From positions 4,650,001 through 4,714,000 of the forward strand of contig NC_087461.1 of assembly GCF_036321535.1 (NCBI RefSeq): DNA of 64,000 bases. Reading direction: 5' to 3'. Below the pieces are notes generated by a model. The model was not told the DNA's origin. It saw only the letters and a list, made by a program, of their open reading frames with translations, and did no database searches. This document shows positions 60,246-64,000 of the stretch, one piece after another (position 1 is the stretch's first letter; every line of letters starts with the position of its first letter). The position numbers were made by a program, and so were the translations under genes. The DNA is from Camelus dromedarius (taxonomy: Eukaryota).

Positions 60246-60689
60246 TTTGTAAATTGTACACATGTTTTATTATTACCTAAGTGGTGTGTGTGATAGGAAA
60301 TTCAGAAAATGTTGGAAAGTAGAAGGAAAAAAAGTTGAAGTCACCTGTCAATCCAGTAGTGAGAATATTGTACCATTCCGTTGTATTTCCTTTTATGCTT
60401 TTGATGTTAAAGCAGATGACGGCAGAAGACGTTTGGTTGCAGGGGTCGGTGATGACATGGAGAAGGACAAGCCTTGTTCTTGGGTTTCCAGAATTGGGTA
60501 AAACGTAGGATGTGTTCGTGGAGGTCGGGGTACTCAGCGTTGAAACCTGGAATATACAGGTTTAGAGCAGGGAGGAGGGCTGACCTCAGTGAGCTCGTGG
60601 CCGTGGAGCTGCCAGTCCGCCCAAGCCCGCGTGCGGTGCGCAGCCTGGCGCTGCCCGCCTCCTGGCCAGCATCTCCTGCTTTCCTCCCC

Positions 60690-61160
60690 GGGGCTTACTC
60701 TGCTCCAGCAGGTCTGGCCTTCCCTTTGTCCCTTGAATAAACTCAGCTTGTTCCTGCCGTGGGATTGGGAATTTGCCATTCCTGCTTTCTGAATAGTCTT
60801 CCTCCGAGTCCTCTCCTGGCTTTCTGCTCACGTGGCCGACTCTTTTCAGGTCTTGGCTTTCATGTCACTTCTTCAGATAAGTCACCCTTGCACACAGTGT
60901 CACACTCTCAGAAGTGGCTGTCCTCTCCTCTGGTCACTTCCTGTGGCATTACCCAGTTGGATCTCTGTCTCAGAATGTGTAACATCCTTTACTTATTATG
61001 AATCCGATTGTACTTAGATACTTTTTAATCATCTGTCTCTTCCCACTTGCCGGGTCCACGAGTGTGGGGCTCTTGGCTGTGTTGCTCTGGCCTCCGAGTC
61101 TAGGACAGTGTCTGACACGTAGCAGGTGCTCAGTGAAAAGTGTTGTATTTGAAGGAAGGG
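60690..61160 (+). mobile_element. L2 3' end
   Basis: ATCTGTCTCTTCCCAC...GGACAGTGTCTGACACGTAGCAGGTGCTCAGTGAAA..TGTTG..TTTGAAGGAAGG. Confidence 0.8.
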
Positions 61161-61379
61161 AAGGAACAGGGAGATGAAGAACTGGGAGAGAGATCCCCAA
61201 AGGTATCCGTGAGTATTTGCAGATAGGACAAAAAGCCCCAGCCTGGTAGGAAAGCAAGAGCAGAGGCAAGTCCTGGACCTAATCATACCTTATGATTAGC
61301 TTCAGAAAGCGGGCATTCGATCCCATTTTAAGGGAAGCAAATAAAAGTAGTGAAGCATAGGGTATTTGTAGGAGCTTGT

Positions 61380-61800
61380 AGGTGAGGCTAAAAGGAAGAT
61401 ACGAAATGTTGAGAACACAAACTGGAATAAGAGGAGTTTAATGGGGGACTGGATAAAGAACTCATCTGAAAGCTGGGAATGGAGGCATACGAACAGCAGG
61501 GAAATACAGATTTAAAAAAGGAAAAATAACAGAGGTCACTGCTGAACGACCTTGATGGGAATGAAATGGTCCAGCTGGTGTTTTCGATGTGCTGTAAGCA
61601 GCATGAGGGAGTGACAGGGCAAGGAGGAGAAGGATACTGGTCAGGAGAAAAGCAAGGGAGGCTGAGAACTCGCGCTACAAAGCGACAATTTTCCCTTTGA
61701 AGATATTGACAAGATCTCAGGTGAAGATGGAAAAGGAGGGAGGCGGAGAGGGACGGCATGAAAGGTCTACGGCAGGAAGAGCCAGCTTGGGCTGTGGGCG
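61380..61800 (-). mobile_element. Degenerate L2
   Basis: Purine-rich AACAGAGGTCACTGCTGAACGACCTTGATGGGAATG resembles reverse-strand L2. Confidence 0.5.
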
Positions 61801-63699
61801 TAGGACTCCGTCCGAGAAGCTGTTTAGCAAGGAGAATGGCAGAATTAAAGAGAGAAGTTCAGGGAGGTTTAGTAATTATAGTCCAAACAGAAGAAGATAC
61901 GTATCTTCTCCATGTATTACATCATTGTTAAACCTCAATAATTTAAAATATAATTAACGTTTAATAATGCCTTAGATTTAATAATACAGTTATTGCATGG
62001 GAATTGTCTACAAGCCATTATAAATCCATTTGTTTGGGTTTACCATCCTACTAATAAAACGGGTGCCCGTAGCTCGTGTGCTGCAGTGCAGAGGACAGAG
62101 CGTGCTGCCTTACTCAGTGTAATTGATTGTAAAACCCACTTCAAATCCCACCAAATAAAGAGCATTTCACAGCTAATTAAAGTGAAAATTTCTCTTTCAG
62201 CTATTACTGCCCAGTTTTTCTCTGTCTTTCCTCTAAATGTCTACCCCAGGGGCCTTTTTCTTCCCTAACCTTTACTACTTCAGGAATTCTAAAATGTGAC
62301 CTGTGTTAGTGATCCTGTTTTGTCTCTAGAACCCAGAATACTGGGTCACAGTTTATTAAGGAAACAAACAAACAAAACCACTTATCTTAAAAGGGAAAGA
62401 TCATTTTCTTGGTTCCTAGCTTTTTAAGGGACTGGCTGGGGGCTTCCTTAAATACATTTTTGACCCAAACCCCTGCAAACTCAGAAGTGTATTTAGGCGT
62501 AAATACAAATAGATCTCAACTCCTATATTCTGCTGTCAATTATTATATCTAAAAAAACCCCCACGTCTTTTCCCTTAATAAGTCAAGATGTTTCTAAATT
62601 TACTGCACAAACAAAACACCCAAGCAGAGAGGTCTTTAAAGACTGCAAAAGGATGAAAAGTGCATTGAAATACAACTTTCAGTAAGTTTAAATTTCATTG
62701 AAACATTTTAAACTAATTTCTCTTCTGAAGACTTTGATATTTTATTACAAGCACTAAACTTAGAGACTGAACAGTAAAATCTCACTCTCCATGACCTGGA
62801 CAGAATGGCAGGAATTCTGTCCTTACCCCAATGTCATGTAATGGGTCTGAGTTTGGGAAAGGACAGGAACAAAATTCACGTCGATGCCCAGTTTGTTTGT
62901 TTTATTAACTCTGCGAGAGTTTGCATTTCCCCACATTTCAGGGGCGGCACAGAAAACAGGTTTTCTATAGACCAGATTCTAAACGTGCAGGCAGGTGGTC
63001 CCCGGGGGTCTTGCATTATTAGCAGACATTTAGTAGGTCACCAGTGATGTGATTATCATTTTGATGGCGATTTACTATGTTTTCTAGATATTGGAAAGTT
63101 TTTGGAGCAACTGAGGTCTTAGCATATGCAGTTTGAGTAGGAACATGATCTCAGCCAATTGAATCAGTATGTTGCCTATTCGACCTTGCGTTCCCAGAGC
63201 CTCGAAATCAGACTTGGTATATGGTGGGTGTTGTATAAATATTTAAAGAAGAAATGAATTGATAACTAAAGTCTTATGATTTGCTTTTTGACTCATAGAA
63301 GCAAAGTTTAATAATCTGACTGAGACACGTTCTTGTCATCGACAAATACGTACTGAACACCGCATAAAAGGCTTGAGTGATTTCTCTCTTTCTTGATGTC
63401 TCTTAATCACACATACAACAAAAACCTAACAACAAAAAGTAGCTCTGAATGCTAACAATGGTCCACGGTCCAACCTCCTGTTCTCCTGGACAATTTCCCA
63501 TCTCTCTTTATTTCCAACCCCCCTCCCCCTGCCCATCCCCATCATTCCTTCTCCATCCTGGCTCTCAGCGAATGACTGCATTCAATCCTTCACGGAAAAA
63601 AACTGAACCAGGAGAAAATGTCCACAGACACCGTCTCACAGCTAACCATCATCGTCTATCTTGTGCTTTCTGATCATGCCCGTTAGCAGTTTGCAAAAG

Positions 63700-64000
63700 G
63701 AGCCCAGGTCCTTTGGGATCTCTGAGATGCTTTCAGGGGGATCTGTGAGGCCAAAATTACTTCTTAATGAAGCTAAAATATTTTCACCTTTCATTCATTC
63801 TTTTTTTTTCCTCTCACAGTGCAGAGTGGACATTTCCAGAAACTATAAAATGTGTGACAGTGCCGTCTCCCTGGTGGCTAAGGCAACGAGTGTTTGTGTA
63901 TTCTTGTGTTTTAAAGATTCCCCAGTTATTAATCTCTAACACAGTAAGGTTGGTAAATGTTGATATGTGTCACCCATATAATCAAAGGTGCGCAGGTGCA
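63700..64000 (+). mobile_element. hAT-Charlie1-family fragment
   Basis: CTCTGAGATGCTTTCAGGGGGATCTGTGAGGCCAAAA...GCCGTCTCCCTGGTGGCTAA...TGTGTATTCTTGTGTTTTAAA. Confidence 0.7.

Noticed and set aside
61765-61775. GTCTACGGC matching the 5' end of 5S rRNA
   Set aside because: Match ends after 9 nt and lies in L2-like sequence

Overview
Mammalian nuclear DNA, most likely a camelid (Camelus/Vicugna), judged from a tRNA-derived Vic-1-type SINE at 7.3 kb and the LINE-1 3' ends. It comes from a gapped draft assembly with four N-runs, three of them in or abutting L1 copies. I recognise no named protein-coding gene, rRNA, tRNA gene or CRISPR array, and most ORFs in the supplied track look like chance ORFs or L1 ORF2 fragments. 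Much of the window is interspersed repeat (L1 3' ends, L2, CR1/L3, MIR, hAT MITEs, MaLR/ERVL LTRs, one young ERV1-type solo LTR). The organising element is a CpG-rich, TATA-less, apparently bidirectional promoter at ~16.55-16.87 kb (CTCF, GC box, CCAAT, ETS, CRE half-site). To its left I can build by eye a 13-exon minus-strand transcript with canonical GT-AG junctions. It carries a spliced 67-aa upstream ORF and an uninterrupted 410-aa ORF that I cannot assign to any family. This is the main candidate for something undescribed, but several junctions were chosen to preserve frame and L1 orientation argues against it. To the right of the promoter is a probable divergent non-coding transcript and ~45 kb of intergenic sequence with enhancer-like patches. 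Repeat boundaries and subfamily names are by-eye estimates from remembered consensus sequences, not database hits.
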